Part shown: positions 1-9,637 of the stretch, piece by piece | Layout of the letters: every line of letters starts with the position of its first letter | How positions within the stretch are numbered: position 1 is the first letter of the stretch | Assembly: GCA_008369845.1 (NCBI GenBank) | Contig: MRSU01005533.1 | Location: 50,685 to 70,684, forward strand | From: Trichomonas gallinae | Taxonomy: Eukaryota | Direction of reading: 5' to 3' | DNA length: 20,000 nt | Notes under the pieces: model-generated | What the model was told of the DNA's origin: nothing | Seen by the model: the letters and a program-made list of their open reading frames with translations, nothing else | The model's database searches: none | Translations under genes and position numbers: made by a program

Positions 1-1
1 A

Positions 2-247
2 ATGTTCCTCTCTCGCTCAAATAATCGCTTCAAAACAACTTTATGTAAGCTATACCAGATTTCTCACATCCTAGAAAGTGCTGGTATCATTGAGAAAACT
101 CCTTTGCCTGGTGAACTTATCTTGTCCAAGCATTATATGGTGAGACCAAAAATTGATTATTTCTCAGTTGCGGATCTTCTGAATCGTCGCGATGCTCCAA
201 AGTTCATATTCCAGCCGATATCCACGTTAATCCCACAATATGCGTAA
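2..247 (+). CDS. 3' part of an E2F/DP-like winged-helix DNA-binding protein (gene probably begins before the window)
   Basis: KTTLCKLYQISHILESAGIIEK resembles the E2F/DP signature RRxYDxxNVLxxxGxIxK. Coding-like composition up to TAA at 245-247, then AT-rich intergenic DNA. The ATG at 2 is probably internal. Confidence 0.65.
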   Translation: MFLSRSNNRFKTTLCKLYQISHILESAGIIEKTPLPGELILSKHYMVRPKIDYFSVADLLNRRDAPKFIFQPISTLIPQYA

Positions 248-690
248 CTTTATCGAATTCGGATATTCTTATTTCAAAATATTTTTGTTATTAAACATGC
301 TGTATTATAGTATTAGTTGTATTAGGTCATGTTTTAAGCCTTATAGAGCTAAATTTTCAAAAAATGAAGTGGACAACTATGATTTCAAAAGTATATCATT
401 TTTAGAAAATATATATGTTTCTAGTCATTTTTCGTTTATTTTTCGATTTTAAAAAAATACAAAATTCTAAATTTTAGCATTTGATTTAAAATACATTATA
501 AATTCATCGAAAGCACAAATTTCAAATTTTTTCGAAAATTATTTATTAATATTAGCTAAATAAACTTGTTAATTAATATCTTGTGCACAGTGGTTATTTA
601 GTTTTAGAGAATCAAAGCTTAACTCGAAGTTAATATAAAATTTATGAAAAAGTTGTTAATTTATTCAAAAATAAGCAAAAATATATTAGA

Positions 691-2763
691 TTATGTGAAA
701 AGATTCGAGTCTTCATTAGACCTGACGTCAGCGGCTGAAATCAGATAACCTTCATCCTTCAATTGTTTGTGTTTGTTGAATTTGATGAAGACAAAGAATC
801 CAACAGCACCACCAACAACGATGACAGCAACAACAAACAAGGCACCCAAGGCGAAGTTTCTTCCTTGGCCTTTATGAGTATCTACTGGATATGGGAAGTC
901 AGCGACCTTCTTTATGCTCGATGAACCGAATTTGGAGCATTTATAGCCCTTAGGGACAAGGATTGTGTAATTAAGATTGCAATCTCCGGCAAAACAGTTT
1001 GTTCCGCAGTAATAAATGTTAGGATTCGAGTTTGACACAATTTCAGATCCAATGTTAATAGTTATATCGCTCAAAGCTAAAGATTCAAGTTTTTGACAAT
1101 TATAAAATGTTCTATTTTCGATATATGGGATGCGAGATGTTGAAAGATCGACAGTCTTGAGATCAGAGCTCATGAAGGCTTCTTGTTCCATGTAAATGCA
1201 GTTATTATCTAATTTGAGATCTTTAATTCCTGTGTGTTGGAAAGCTCCTGTAGAAATCTTGAAGTTTATCTTAGGGAATGTAACGTTTTCGAGATTGAAG
1301 CATGATAAGAAGCAATATTCAGGAATTTTTGCAATTTTTGTCTGATCGAGTTTAACGCTTGTGAGTCTGCCAATCATTTCGAATGATCTCACACCAAGTG
1401 TTGTAACTGTTTCAGGAAGTTCAAGACTTGTTATTCCTGTAAATGAAAATGCTTTGTCGCCAATAGAAACAGTATTCACGAGTTTAAGTGTCACCAACTT
1501 GGTGCAGCTATAAAATGCATTATCTTTGATCGTGTGGGCATGTATTTCTGCGCTTTCAAGTTCGCCATTTGATTCAAATGTTGATGCTTCAATGACTTTG
1601 ACTCCTTCTGGGATAACAACTGATCTTAGCTTGTTATCAAAGAACGCCGCTTGACCAATAGTTCTGAGAGAGCTTGGAAATTCGATAGATTTCAATTGTG
1701 TATTTGAATAGAAGCATTTATCGCCAATAACTTCAACGGATTTTGGCAATGTTACAGTATCAAACTGAGATCCGTAGAATGCTGCTGGGCCAATTTCGAT
1801 TAGATTTGGTGGTAATTGAACTTTAACTATTTGACACTTCTGGAAACACGCTGGAGGGATGACAGTGACTTTAGTTTTGCTAAGGTCAACATGAGAAAGG
1901 TTGTGATTTTCATTGAAACAGAATTCGCCGAGTGTTTTGAGAGATGATGTGAAAATCATTTCAATTAAAGCGCAACTTGAGAAAGCTTCATTTCCAATAG
2001 ACTCAATCTTATCATTAAATGTGACTTGAAGGAGTTTTAGGCAGTAGCTGAAGCACGATTCTGGAATTGCAGTTACACTTGATGCGCTGAAGTCTACAAT
2101 TTTAACTTGGCTATGCTCGAATGCTGCGAAGCCAATGGTAGTCAATGAAGCCGGGAAAATGATTTTTTCGAATGTTGCATAAAGAAATGCGCTTTCTTCA
2201 ATTTTTGTTAGAGAAGACGGAAGTATAAACGATCCTTCGATCTGTGTTGCATAGAAACACTCCTTAGGAATCACTTGAATGCTTGTTTTTGATAAATCGA
2301 AATTATTCTGAATATCTGTGTCGCGAAATGCTCTTGAAGCAATCTTTTTGAGGCTGTCTGTAAAAGTAAAGTCAGCAACAACTCCATAGAACGCGTCTTC
2401 TTCGATTTCTTCAACTTTCGGGAAATTTAGCACTTTAATTTTCGTTGCTTGTCCAAATGCATATGTACAGATCTTTTTGACTGATTTCGGAACCGTAATA
2501 GCTGCAATTTTAGTATCATAAAATGCATATGGTCCAAATTCGACAACTGTGTAATTTACGTTATCAATTGTGTATGAATCTTGGAAGTGTAGTGTACCTG
2601 GGTACGAAGGATTAACGGCTGGACGTTTTGGCTCTTTCGTTCCGATACCAATTGTGTTCTGTGAGATTTTATACGCTAAAACATCTTGATTGGAGATATT
2701 TAGCGTGATTTCTTCAGCGTGAACATCTGCACATCTGCAAGAAACTAAACATAATGAAAACAT
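691..2763 (-). CDS. BspA-like leucine-rich repeat (TpLRR/LRR_5) surface protein with C-terminal TM helix and short cytoplasmic tail
   Basis: 690 aa. Many ~23-aa repeats of the type LxxIxxxAFxxxxLxxxxxPxx (e.g. FPSSLRTIGQAAFFDNKLRSVVIPEGV). Short hydrophobic N-terminus, TM segment FALGALFVVAVIVVGGAVGFFVFI followed by KFNKHK. Confidence 0.92.
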   Translation of the reverse strand: MFSLCLVSCRCADVHAEEITLNISNQDVLAYKISQNTIGIGTKEPKRPAVNPSYPGTLHFQDSYTIDNVNYTVVEFGPYAFYDTKIAAITVPKSVKKICTYAFGQATKIKVLNFPKVEEIEEDAFYGVVADFTFTDSLKKIASRAFRDTDIQNNFDLSKTSIQVIPKECFYATQIEGSFILPSSLTKIEESAFLYATFEKIIFPASLTTIGFAAFEHSQVKIVDFSASSVTAIPESCFSYCLKLLQVTFNDKIESIGNEAFSSCALIEMIFTSSLKTLGEFCFNENHNLSHVDLSKTKVTVIPPACFQKCQIVKVQLPPNLIEIGPAAFYGSQFDTVTLPKSVEVIGDKCFYSNTQLKSIEFPSSLRTIGQAAFFDNKLRSVVIPEGVKVIEASTFESNGELESAEIHAHTIKDNAFYSCTKLVTLKLVNTVSIGDKAFSFTGITSLELPETVTTLGVRSFEMIGRLTSVKLDQTKIAKIPEYCFLSCFNLENVTFPKINFKISTGAFQHTGIKDLKLDNNCIYMEQEAFMSSDLKTVDLSTSRIPYIENRTFYNCQKLESLALSDITINIGSEIVSNSNPNIYYCGTNCFAGDCNLNYTILVPKGYKCSKFGSSSIKKVADFPYPVDTHKGQGRNFALGALFVVAVIVVGGAVGFFVFIKFNKHKQLKDEGYLISAADVRSNEDSNLFT

Positions 2764-2781
2764 TATAAAAATTTGATTTTG

Positions 2782-2936
2782 TCATTTACATGTCAAAAAT
2801 ATTTAACATTATCAATTCCTATTCAATTATATAATTTACATGACAAAAATAAAATTTTATTCTGATATTTACGTGTCAAAATGATTAACCTTATCATTTA
2901 CAAGACAAAAATATTTTAACCTTATGATTCATTATT
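2782..2936 (-). repeat. Cluster of four TTTAC(A/G)(T/A)G(T/A)CAAAA motif copies immediately upstream of the BspA-like gene
   Basis: Copies at 2785-2798, 2835-2848, 2868-2881 and 2897-2910. Segments 2782-2823 and 2894-2936 also share flanks (AAAAATATTT(T)AAC.TTAT). Confidence 0.75.
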
Positions 2937-3384
2937 TTTAAAAACTTGAATGAAAAACTCAATATCTGGAGATTGATAATATTACAGCTTAACTACCCAT
3001 AAAAATTCTCTCCATTTCATTAATTTAAAATCCCATATTTATCGTCAATACAAATTTTTCATAAAATTAATTAACAATTATTAAGACAACTGATCATTAA
3101 ATTAATTCACAATCATGCACACATCGTTTTTACATCATTCTTAAAATGTCATTGCCAATAAAAATCTAAATAAAATAATTTTTCATTCTTAATTAATCGA
3201 ATTATCATCATTTTCTTCCATGGATACAATACTATAGCTAATGCAAATCAATGCAATCAACAATTTCGGACGTTATTACCAATGATAATATTTTGTTAAA
3301 ATTATTAAATAGAATTTTGTAAATTTTTTGTATTAAAAACTACAGTACTCTATTTACTAAAAATAAATTTTGATGGAGATGACT

Positions 3385-4854
3385 CTAAAGCTCAGGCATT
3401 ATTTTAACTTGATCATCTTCATCAAGAACGATATCATTATCCATGCAATCGTGTTTCTCAGTCTTGGAAAGCTCATATATGTTTTTGCAGGGCTTCCAGA
3501 TGATAACAATACATAACATTCCACCAACTAAGAATGAGAGCGGATAAGACCACTCAATGCGTGGAGCGTTGTGTTTGTTGGTAAGATACATGATCGTTGA
3601 GAAAATAACTAAAAGAATCATTTGTGTTGTTAATGAAAGAAATGTTGAAAGTAGGCCTTTCTGCAATGATTGTAGCATAACCTGAGCGTTATTTCGTATC
3701 CATGCTACGCAAAATCCACAGCATCCATTAAATAACATCGACGAAGCGAAATATAGCTCTGTTTGCTCACTAACAAACAGTTTTGAGATCCATATTGGTA
3801 TGGAAACAATAAGTATCGAACAAAATGTGCCCCAGGCGAAGTTTATCCATGTTAAGTGAATTGATAATCGAATCCAGCGCTTGTATTTCTTAGCTGCATA
3901 TGCATACGCAGCGCATGGAAGATATCCAGAGTTAAACGCGATCATAACTGAAACAGTAAGCATTGCAATTCGAAAAACAACTGTATTTCCACTTAAAACA
4001 CAAGAATATTCGAAATGGCTCTGCGCAGAGTTTCCAATATACCACTGTATCAATATGCCTGGCACTGACATCGAAAGCTGCGCGATTAATGCCGAAAAAC
4101 CAACTTTTATAGCTGGCAACGTATGTGGCGAGAATTTCTTGAAGAACTGGCGGAATTTCGGTTTAATTGAGAACCTACCTGTGAAATACATAATGAAAAG
4201 CGTCACAGCTGGAATGGAATCAGATAATATTGTTGCGATTGCAGCACCACCGACATTCAAGTCCGTAAAGTACAGAAAAACAGGGTCAAACAGCAGCATA
4301 TTCAGGAAACACGAGCAAACGTTAGCGAGACCGAATAATAATGTTCTTCCTTCGCCCTGCAAAAATCCGCCAATCGCGTAGAACGTTCCAGTCGAGATTT
4401 GGCAGCCCAATGTTACAGCTATGTAGTTGAAGCCGAGCTCAGCAATCTCCTGGGAGGCGCCAAACCACATTGCTGCCTTAGTTACCCATGGAAGAAATGC
4501 GCATGGTATGCAAACGGCAAAAATGAGCTCAACACGTAGTAAGTCGCAGACAACTTGTGACGTTTCTTCTCCTTTGCCGGCACCAAAGAGAGCCGAAATT
4601 TTCGAAGATCCGGAAACTGACAGGAAAAAGGCAAACGCACGTCCTATGTTATCGAATGGGGTATAGGTACTTACGGCAGCCAGTCCTTTCGTGCCGATAG
4701 CTTTCGATACCCAAATTGAATCTACGAAACCGAAGAGCGCACTAGATACCTGCGACAATATTGGTCCGAAAGATAGCACAAGTATTGTCCATAGTGGTGG
4801 ACGTCCGCCAAGTCTGTAGTGCTCATCTGCAGCTTTCTCTCCTTTTGGATTCAT
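3385..4854 (-). CDS. MATE-family multidrug/toxic compound efflux transporter
   Basis: 489 aa, about 12 hydrophobic segments. MATE-like motifs: PILSQVSSALFGFVDSIWVSKAIGTKGLAAV, GFLQGEGRT, LNMLLFDPVF, NVGGAAIATILS. Confidence 0.92.
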   Translation of the reverse strand: MNPKGEKAADEHYRLGGRPPLWTILVLSFGPILSQVSSALFGFVDSIWVSKAIGTKGLAAVSTYTPFDNIGRAFAFFLSVSGSSKISALFGAGKGEETSQVVCDLLRVELIFAVCIPCAFLPWVTKAAMWFGASQEIAELGFNYIAVTLGCQISTGTFYAIGGFLQGEGRTLLFGLANVCSCFLNMLLFDPVFLYFTDLNVGGAAIATILSDSIPAVTLFIMYFTGRFSIKPKFRQFFKKFSPHTLPAIKVGFSALIAQLSMSVPGILIQWYIGNSAQSHFEYSCVLSGNTVVFRIAMLTVSVMIAFNSGYLPCAAYAYAAKKYKRWIRLSIHLTWINFAWGTFCSILIVSIPIWISKLFVSEQTELYFASSMLFNGCCGFCVAWIRNNAQVMLQSLQKGLLSTFLSLTTQMILLVIFSTIMYLTNKHNAPRIEWSYPLSFLVGGMLCIVIIWKPCKNIYELSKTEKHDCMDNDIVLDEDDQVKIMPEL

Positions 4855-4873
4855 CGATTTGTCAAATTTTCAA

Positions 4874-5066
4874 AATGAGTTTGAATGGTTTATAGTTTTT
4901 TTAAATAGTTGTCACTTTTATTAAATCATTGCTGGTCAGCTTGGAACTTGTTAAGGAACAGAAATTTGCTGATTTTCCATTTTCTATGGGCGCAAAAGAT
5001 AGACAGTTTGAAGTGAAAATAATCGTTCGTCATTTAATTTGTTGAATGAATCGATTTTGTCACTTT
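4874..5066 (-). promoter_or_regulatory. Trichomonad-type core promoter of the MATE gene: Inr plus two AAAGTGAC (M2-type) motifs
   Basis: On the minus strand, TCATT at 4874-4878 (about 20 nt before the ATG) and AAAGTGAC at 4911-4918 and 5059-5066. Matches the T. vaginalis Inr (TCAYW) and M2 consensus as I recall them. Confidence 0.55.
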
Positions 5067-5700
5067 TATATATATTGAGTCCTCCTTAAACCATATCTTA
5101 AGTTTACGTGATTAAATGCGTTGATAAAAAAATTTTATAATTAAATTTCGATAGCTATAGACTATATTCTTTGTCTAGTTTCCTAAAATCGTATGCTTCC
5201 CAATAGCTCATTATCCAAATTCAATTCTCCATTGATTTGCAATTTCTAATTTAGTGATATCTGAACAAAATGCTTTAGGGAAAAATATGACATGATAAAT
5301 CTTGAGTTTTGCATTAAAAGAATACAAATATAAGATTATCACAGCATAATAATTAATTTTTGAAATTTCATTGTGATGTAATGTTTGTAGATAATAACCT
5401 GCATCAAAATTTAGAAAAAGCTAATGTATATTATTTTATTATAATGTTAAATACTACAATTATATCTTTTTTGAAAAAAATATAAAAAATCATTTCTTAT
5501 GCAAATTAGTATAATGCTGCAATAGATACAATGGATTTGTTCCCTTTATATCACAATTCATATTGCTTTTTGAAATTATAAAAACAAGGTTTGAATGATT
5601 AGTTTTCTAATTATGGATTTTGCACATTACAAATAGTATAGATATATGATGTTCCAAGAGAAAAAAAGCAAAAATAAGGTTTAAATATTTTTAAGGTTAA

Positions 5701-6300
5701 CTTATAGATGTTAAGTTACACTTCCCAAAACTAAAAAATGATATCAATGGATTACTCCATAAAGACCCCACAATCAAATACACTTGTTCGTGCAATGATT
5801 GTTCAACAGACACTAAATGTATTAATCCTTTTGATGTTAAAGTTGATTTTCACATCAAAGTTATTAATAAAAATACAGATCCATCATTTGCAATTACATT
5901 TACAAACAAAAAAATATATCTTACGCATTACTCATATCAATCTCCAAGAACAAATCTAACAAATTATTGGTTTACTCCAGTAAATTGGACATTTGAAGGA
6001 TCTAATGATGCAAGCAACTACGATTTAATCGATACAGTTACAAATATTGACGTTTACTCTCCATTACAAATATTAACTCGAAAAGTATCAGTAAATAAAG
6101 CATATACTACTTTTAAAATGACACTGAATGGTTTAAGCAGTGGCAATACCAGAGAACTTCGTGTTTATAAATTAGATTTCTTTGGTGAAATTTGCTTTTT
6201 GGACGAAAACTGCCCTCGAAAAATGAATCCACTAACATGTGAACGAAGACCGTTCTTTTCGTTGAACTATATTAGCCCAATGATACTTATTTTGATTTAA
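5701..6300 (+). pseudogene. Start-less 199-codon frame encoding an F5/8 type C (discoidin/galactose-binding-like) domain with a hydrophobic C-terminus; probable pseudogene
   Basis: Manual translation from 5701 is open to TAA at 6298-6300: LIDVKLHFPKLKNDINGLLH...FAITFTNKKIYLTHYSYQS...PVNWTFEGSNDASNYDLID...YTTFKMTLNG...LRVYKLDFFG...SPMILILI. There is an in-frame TAA at 5698-5700 and no ATG until 6118. Confidence 0.7.
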
Positions 6301-7269
6301 TTACACTAAAAGTGACATATTCTAACAAAAAATTGAATGCAAAGTCGTAATTCAATATTATTATTTTTTGCTTAGAAATTGATTCTCTAACAAGCTAATT
6401 ATCACCCTTGTGTTCACATCTTAAAGTTCTTTTAAGAATTATACTCAAAGAAATCATTTCCGGAAATGCATTTCAATGTTGTTTTTGTATTTACTTTGCA
6501 TAAAAAAATTTTTTGTAAAAAAGGAAGATCAAAGTATGCAAAACATGGCTTATGCATACAAGATCGTATTTGCAACACTAACATCACCTATCCAAAGCGA
6601 TAAATAAAGTGATTGTCATTATTTTATCCAAACATTTGATAAAATGAATGAGATATCAATGCATTTCAAAACCTTATCAATAGCTAAAATAATTGATATT
6701 ACAAAGTAATTGAACTTAAAGGAGAATAACAAAATATTGCTTATTTTAGAGTTATTCATTAAGATCTAATCAAGGTCACGTGAAAAGAATTTTGGTGATT
6801 TTATGATGTCATTTTTCTGAAGCAAACATTAATGCTTTTGTGTGACGTGACTACTATTCAAGGAATTGTTAAAAGTTGGAAATTGGTTGCAGCTATTAAA
6901 CAATAATAAATAGAATGAATAATTCCCATCATGAAAAAATGTTCAAATCATCTAATTTCAGTCATGATGTGAGTATTAAATTGTTTGATCAATTTTATAC
7001 ATAAAACCTGTGATTTAAAGAGTACACGAAGATATGTAAATAATCGACAAAAAGAAAACCATTAATATCATACGTCAAAAAAATTATCTACTGTCATCAA
7101 AAAAAGCGATAAATCTTCTCGTTTGTCAAACAAATTTTATCAATTCACAAGTAATTTTGATGTTGTTTGCGTTTTATTTGATGAGAGCTATAATTTTTCA
7201 TTTCCTGTTTTTGTTGTCCATCAATTTTTTATGAGCGACAGAATTTGATATGATTTGTCAAAATTGAAT

Positions 7270-7274
7270 TCATA
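7270..7274 (+). promoter_or_regulatory. Inr element (TCATA) of the PPPDE-like gene
   Basis: TCAYW match 9-13 nt upstream of the ATG at 7283. Confidence 0.5.
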
Positions 7275-7282
7275 TAATATCA

Positions 7283-7840
7283 ATGGTCAAAATCAGGGTG
7301 AGAATATACGACGTGATTCGCTTCAACAGTGCTGTCAGATTCCTAAAGCTTGGCATGTACCACACGTCTGTTACTGCTGATGACATCGAATATCATTATC
7401 TTAACTTGCATAATGGCAAAAGTGGACTAGAATTTCGATGGACAGGAGTTGAAATGCAACAATATACGCTATATCAAGAGATATACCTCTGTGAAATCAA
7501 AAAATCTCCTGATGAAATACGTCAAATGTTCACAACTTTTGTTAGTTCACCAGAATGGCTGAGTGAACATTATAATAGTTTTATGCACAACAGCAACAAC
7601 TTTTCACGCGCGTTTTGCGAAAAACTTCTCGGAAAAGAAAATATGCAAAAATATCCATTTTGGGTATTTCGATCCCAACACATTGCTCGAATATTTTATA
7701 CGATATCTTTATCGCATTTTATGGTATTTTTCAGAAATAGAGATCATATTAACATGAATCAGCCATATATTTCAAAAGGGCCAAAAGGATCCGAGAAAGT
7801 CGAAGAAGAAAGAAAGAGATCAATACTGACAAGGGATTAA
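7283..7840 (+). CDS. PPPDE/DeSI (peptidase C97, DUF862)-like protein with Cys-to-Ser change at the nucleophile position
   Basis: VRIYDV...GMYHTSV (His motif) and YNSFMHNSNNFSRAFCEKLLG, matching the family pattern YxLxxxNCNHF except that S replaces C. Confidence 0.8.
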   Translation: MVKIRVRIYDVIRFNSAVRFLKLGMYHTSVTADDIEYHYLNLHNGKSGLEFRWTGVEMQQYTLYQEIYLCEIKKSPDEIRQMFTTFVSSPEWLSEHYNSFMHNSNNFSRAFCEKLLGKENMQKYPFWVFRSQHIARIFYTISLSHFMVFFRNRDHINMNQPYISKGPKGSEKVEEERKRSILTRD

Positions 7841-8159
7841 GATCCATTTTTCGATCAAATTATCATCTTTCATCAAATTATCCAATTTGATCTTGTTTGT
7901 ATGAAATAAATTAATTTGTATCATGTAGTGTATTTAAATTTTCATATATTGTCCACTGTTTTTCAAATATTTTTTCATTTTTGAAAAAATATGAATTTTT
8001 GGCTTATTCGAATGATAATATTCTTAGTTTCGGTGAATTTATTATATTGATAACGGTTTGAGTCCTTAAAACCAAGAATGAATTTCAAAAATAATTTAAT
8101 TAGTGTGAAATCTTTCATTTTGTATAAATATAGTCATGAAAATAAGGCTTCATAAAAAT

Positions 8160-9071
8160 TTAATCAGATGAAGAGGAAGAAGAAGATGATGAGGATGATG
8201 AATGTGAGTGTTTGCCCTTATTATGCTTCTTGGCTGCCTTCTCGGCCTTCTTCTGAGCCTTCTTAAGCTCCTTCTCTCTCTTCTTAGCATCCTTTTCGCT
8301 GAGCTTATATCCAGCTGGTGGAGCAGCGACATGTCCTGGATGACCCTGTGGAACTGTATGGCCCTGTGGTGCTGGATGACCCTGCGGTGCTGGATGACCC
8401 TGCGGTGCTGGATGACCCTGTGGTGGATACTGTCCTGGCATTGGTTGCTGTGGTGGATACTGGCCTGGCACTGGCTGTTGTGGTGGATACTGGCCTGGCA
8501 TTGGTTGTTGTGGAGGATACTGTCCAGGCATTGGTTGTTGTGGAGGATACTGTCCTGGCATTGGTTGCTGTGGTGGATACTGGCCTGGATATGGCTGCTG
8601 TGGTGGATATTGAACTTGGACTGGGCCTTGTGGTGGATATCCTTGCATTCCTGGCGGTGGGTTCATTGTTGTCTGCAAATGCTGGAACGGTGGATGTCCC
8701 TTTGGTGCAATTTGAATCATCACGTGAGCTTCACCAGCGTGCTTGAATTTCTTGCTATATGGGGAGAGCTGGTACCACTGGTCGCTGACAGCGCCAATAA
8801 CGTAGGCGTTTGTGTTTAATGTGAGTGTTGCAAATGGATCATTCGAGCCAACTTTATCAAAGTCGACGAATTTGAGGAGGATGTTTAGGTTTGGAACATC
8901 AAGCTGGAACTCAAAGGTTTCATCCCACTTTGGCGCGTATGTATCCTTGATAACTCTTGTTTTCTTGACAGCGAGGTTTCCGACGTGGACCTCAACGTAT
9001 GGGTCACACTTGCCGAATGTATCTGTCTTTGGGAGGTCCCTGGCTTCGATGATTTTGATGTTTAACTGCAT
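8160..9071 (-). CDS. C2-domain protein with XYPPX Pro/Gln-rich repeats and a Lys-rich/poly-Ser tail (303 aa)
   Basis: MQLNIKIIEARDLPKTDTFGKCDPYV...PKWDETF...DFDKVGSNDPF is a C2 domain with its Asp ligands. Start moved from 9110 to 9071 because Inr-like TCATT (9090-9094) and TCACA (9085-9089) lie between the two ATGs. The stop forms TAAA, the trichomonad polyA signal. Confidence 0.9.
   Translation of the reverse strand: MQLNIKIIEARDLPKTDTFGKCDPYVEVHVGNLAVKKTRVIKDTYAPKWDETFEFQLDVPNLNILLKFVDFDKVGSNDPFATLTLNTNAYVIGAVSDQWYQLSPYSKKFKHAGEAHVMIQIAPKGHPPFQHLQTTMNPPPGMQGYPPQGPVQVQYPPQQPYPGQYPPQQPMPGQYPPQQPMPGQYPPQQPMPGQYPPQQPVPGQYPPQQPMPGQYPPQGHPAPQGHPAPQGHPAPQGHTVPQGHPGHVAAPPAGYKLSEKDAKKREKELKKAQKKAEKAAKKHNKGKHSHSSSSSSSSSSSSD
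8337..8660 (-). repeat. Coding tandem repeats: 30-nt units (GQYPPQQPMP, 6 good + 2 degenerate, 8421-8660) and 18-nt units (PQGHPA-type, about 4-5, 8337-8422)
   Basis: TGG(T/A)GGATA recurs every 30 nt from 8421 to 8631. GGATGACCCTG recurs with an 18-nt period. Confidence 0.95.
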
Positions 9072-9311
9072 CAAAAAAATAAAATGTGAAATGAAAAATT
9101 TTTCAATCATAAAACGAAAAATATCGAAGTATTTCGTGTCAGTGGTGACGAAATACGAAACAGTCGATAAAAATTGAGATAAAATCAGTTCACTTCACTT
9201 TTGATCATAAAACGAATTTTGCTGCTTTAAAATGTTTGTAATAATACAAAACCGTTGCAAAATTTTGATGCATAAATTTAATGCTATTGCTTTTTATCTG
9301 TCATTTTAATC

Positions 9312-9637
9312 TTTTACATGTCAAATTGATAACTATCTTGACTGATATTATCTAATATATAGTTTTAATACCTTATATTACACATATTTGACCATACACA
9401 TGTTCATAAATGTTGTTGTTTTGATCTTTCTATATTCAAAATAGTGATTTAGATGAATGTGTTGTTATTTTACATGTCAAATCTATAAAAATCTTGACTG
9501 ATAAAATCTAATATATAGCTTTAATACCTTATATTACACATATTTGGCCAGATACACGTCCATAAATGCTGGTATTTTGAACTCTCTACATTCAGGATAT
9601 CGATTTAGACGTATTAGTTGATATTTTACATGTCAAA
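9312..9637. repeat. Non-coding 156-bp tandem duplication (2 units plus a third motif copy) delimited by TTTTACATGTCAAA
   Basis: Exact TTTTACATGTCAAA at 9312, 9468 and 9624. Units 9312-9467 and 9468-9623 align without gaps, with about 27 substitutions by manual count (~83% identity). Extra variant TTTTACACGTCAAA at 9643-9656. Confidence 0.92.

Noticed and set aside
240..452. 70-aa ORF overlapping the E2F-like stop; also 12005-12187 and 18899-19093
   Set aside because: Intergenic AT-rich composition and no motifs. The last one starts within the gene remnant on its antisense strand.
3881..4666. Plus-strand ORFs inside the MATE gene, and similar short ORFs nested in the Sel1, phosphatase and 1098-aa genes
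   Set aside because: They overlap well-supported genes, often have non-ATG starts, and show no recognisable motifs.
5679..5715. Possible short intron rescuing the F5/8C-like frame
   Set aside because: In frame only with the AG at 5714-5715, and it lacks the conserved trichomonad branch-acceptor sequence. Not called as a feature.
5738..5959. 73-aa ORF on the + strand
   Set aside because: Wrong frame; the domain-like sequence is in the frame 5701-6300.
7967..7992. 11-bp perfect inverted repeat ATATTTTTTCA/TGAAAAAATAT between convergent genes
   Set aside because: Low-complexity A/T runs and likely chance; bacterial-type terminators are not expected here.
8150..9177. Overlapping ORFs 8208-8819 (Trp/Leu-rich), 8318-8746, 8812-9177 and 8150-8332
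   Set aside because: Antisense or alternate-frame shadows of the C2/XYPPX gene. The stop-poor repeats explain their length.
9312..9637. CRISPR-like array of identical repeats
   Set aside because: Repeats are only 14 bp, the 142-bp intervals are homologous to each other, there are no cas genes, and the context is eukaryotic.
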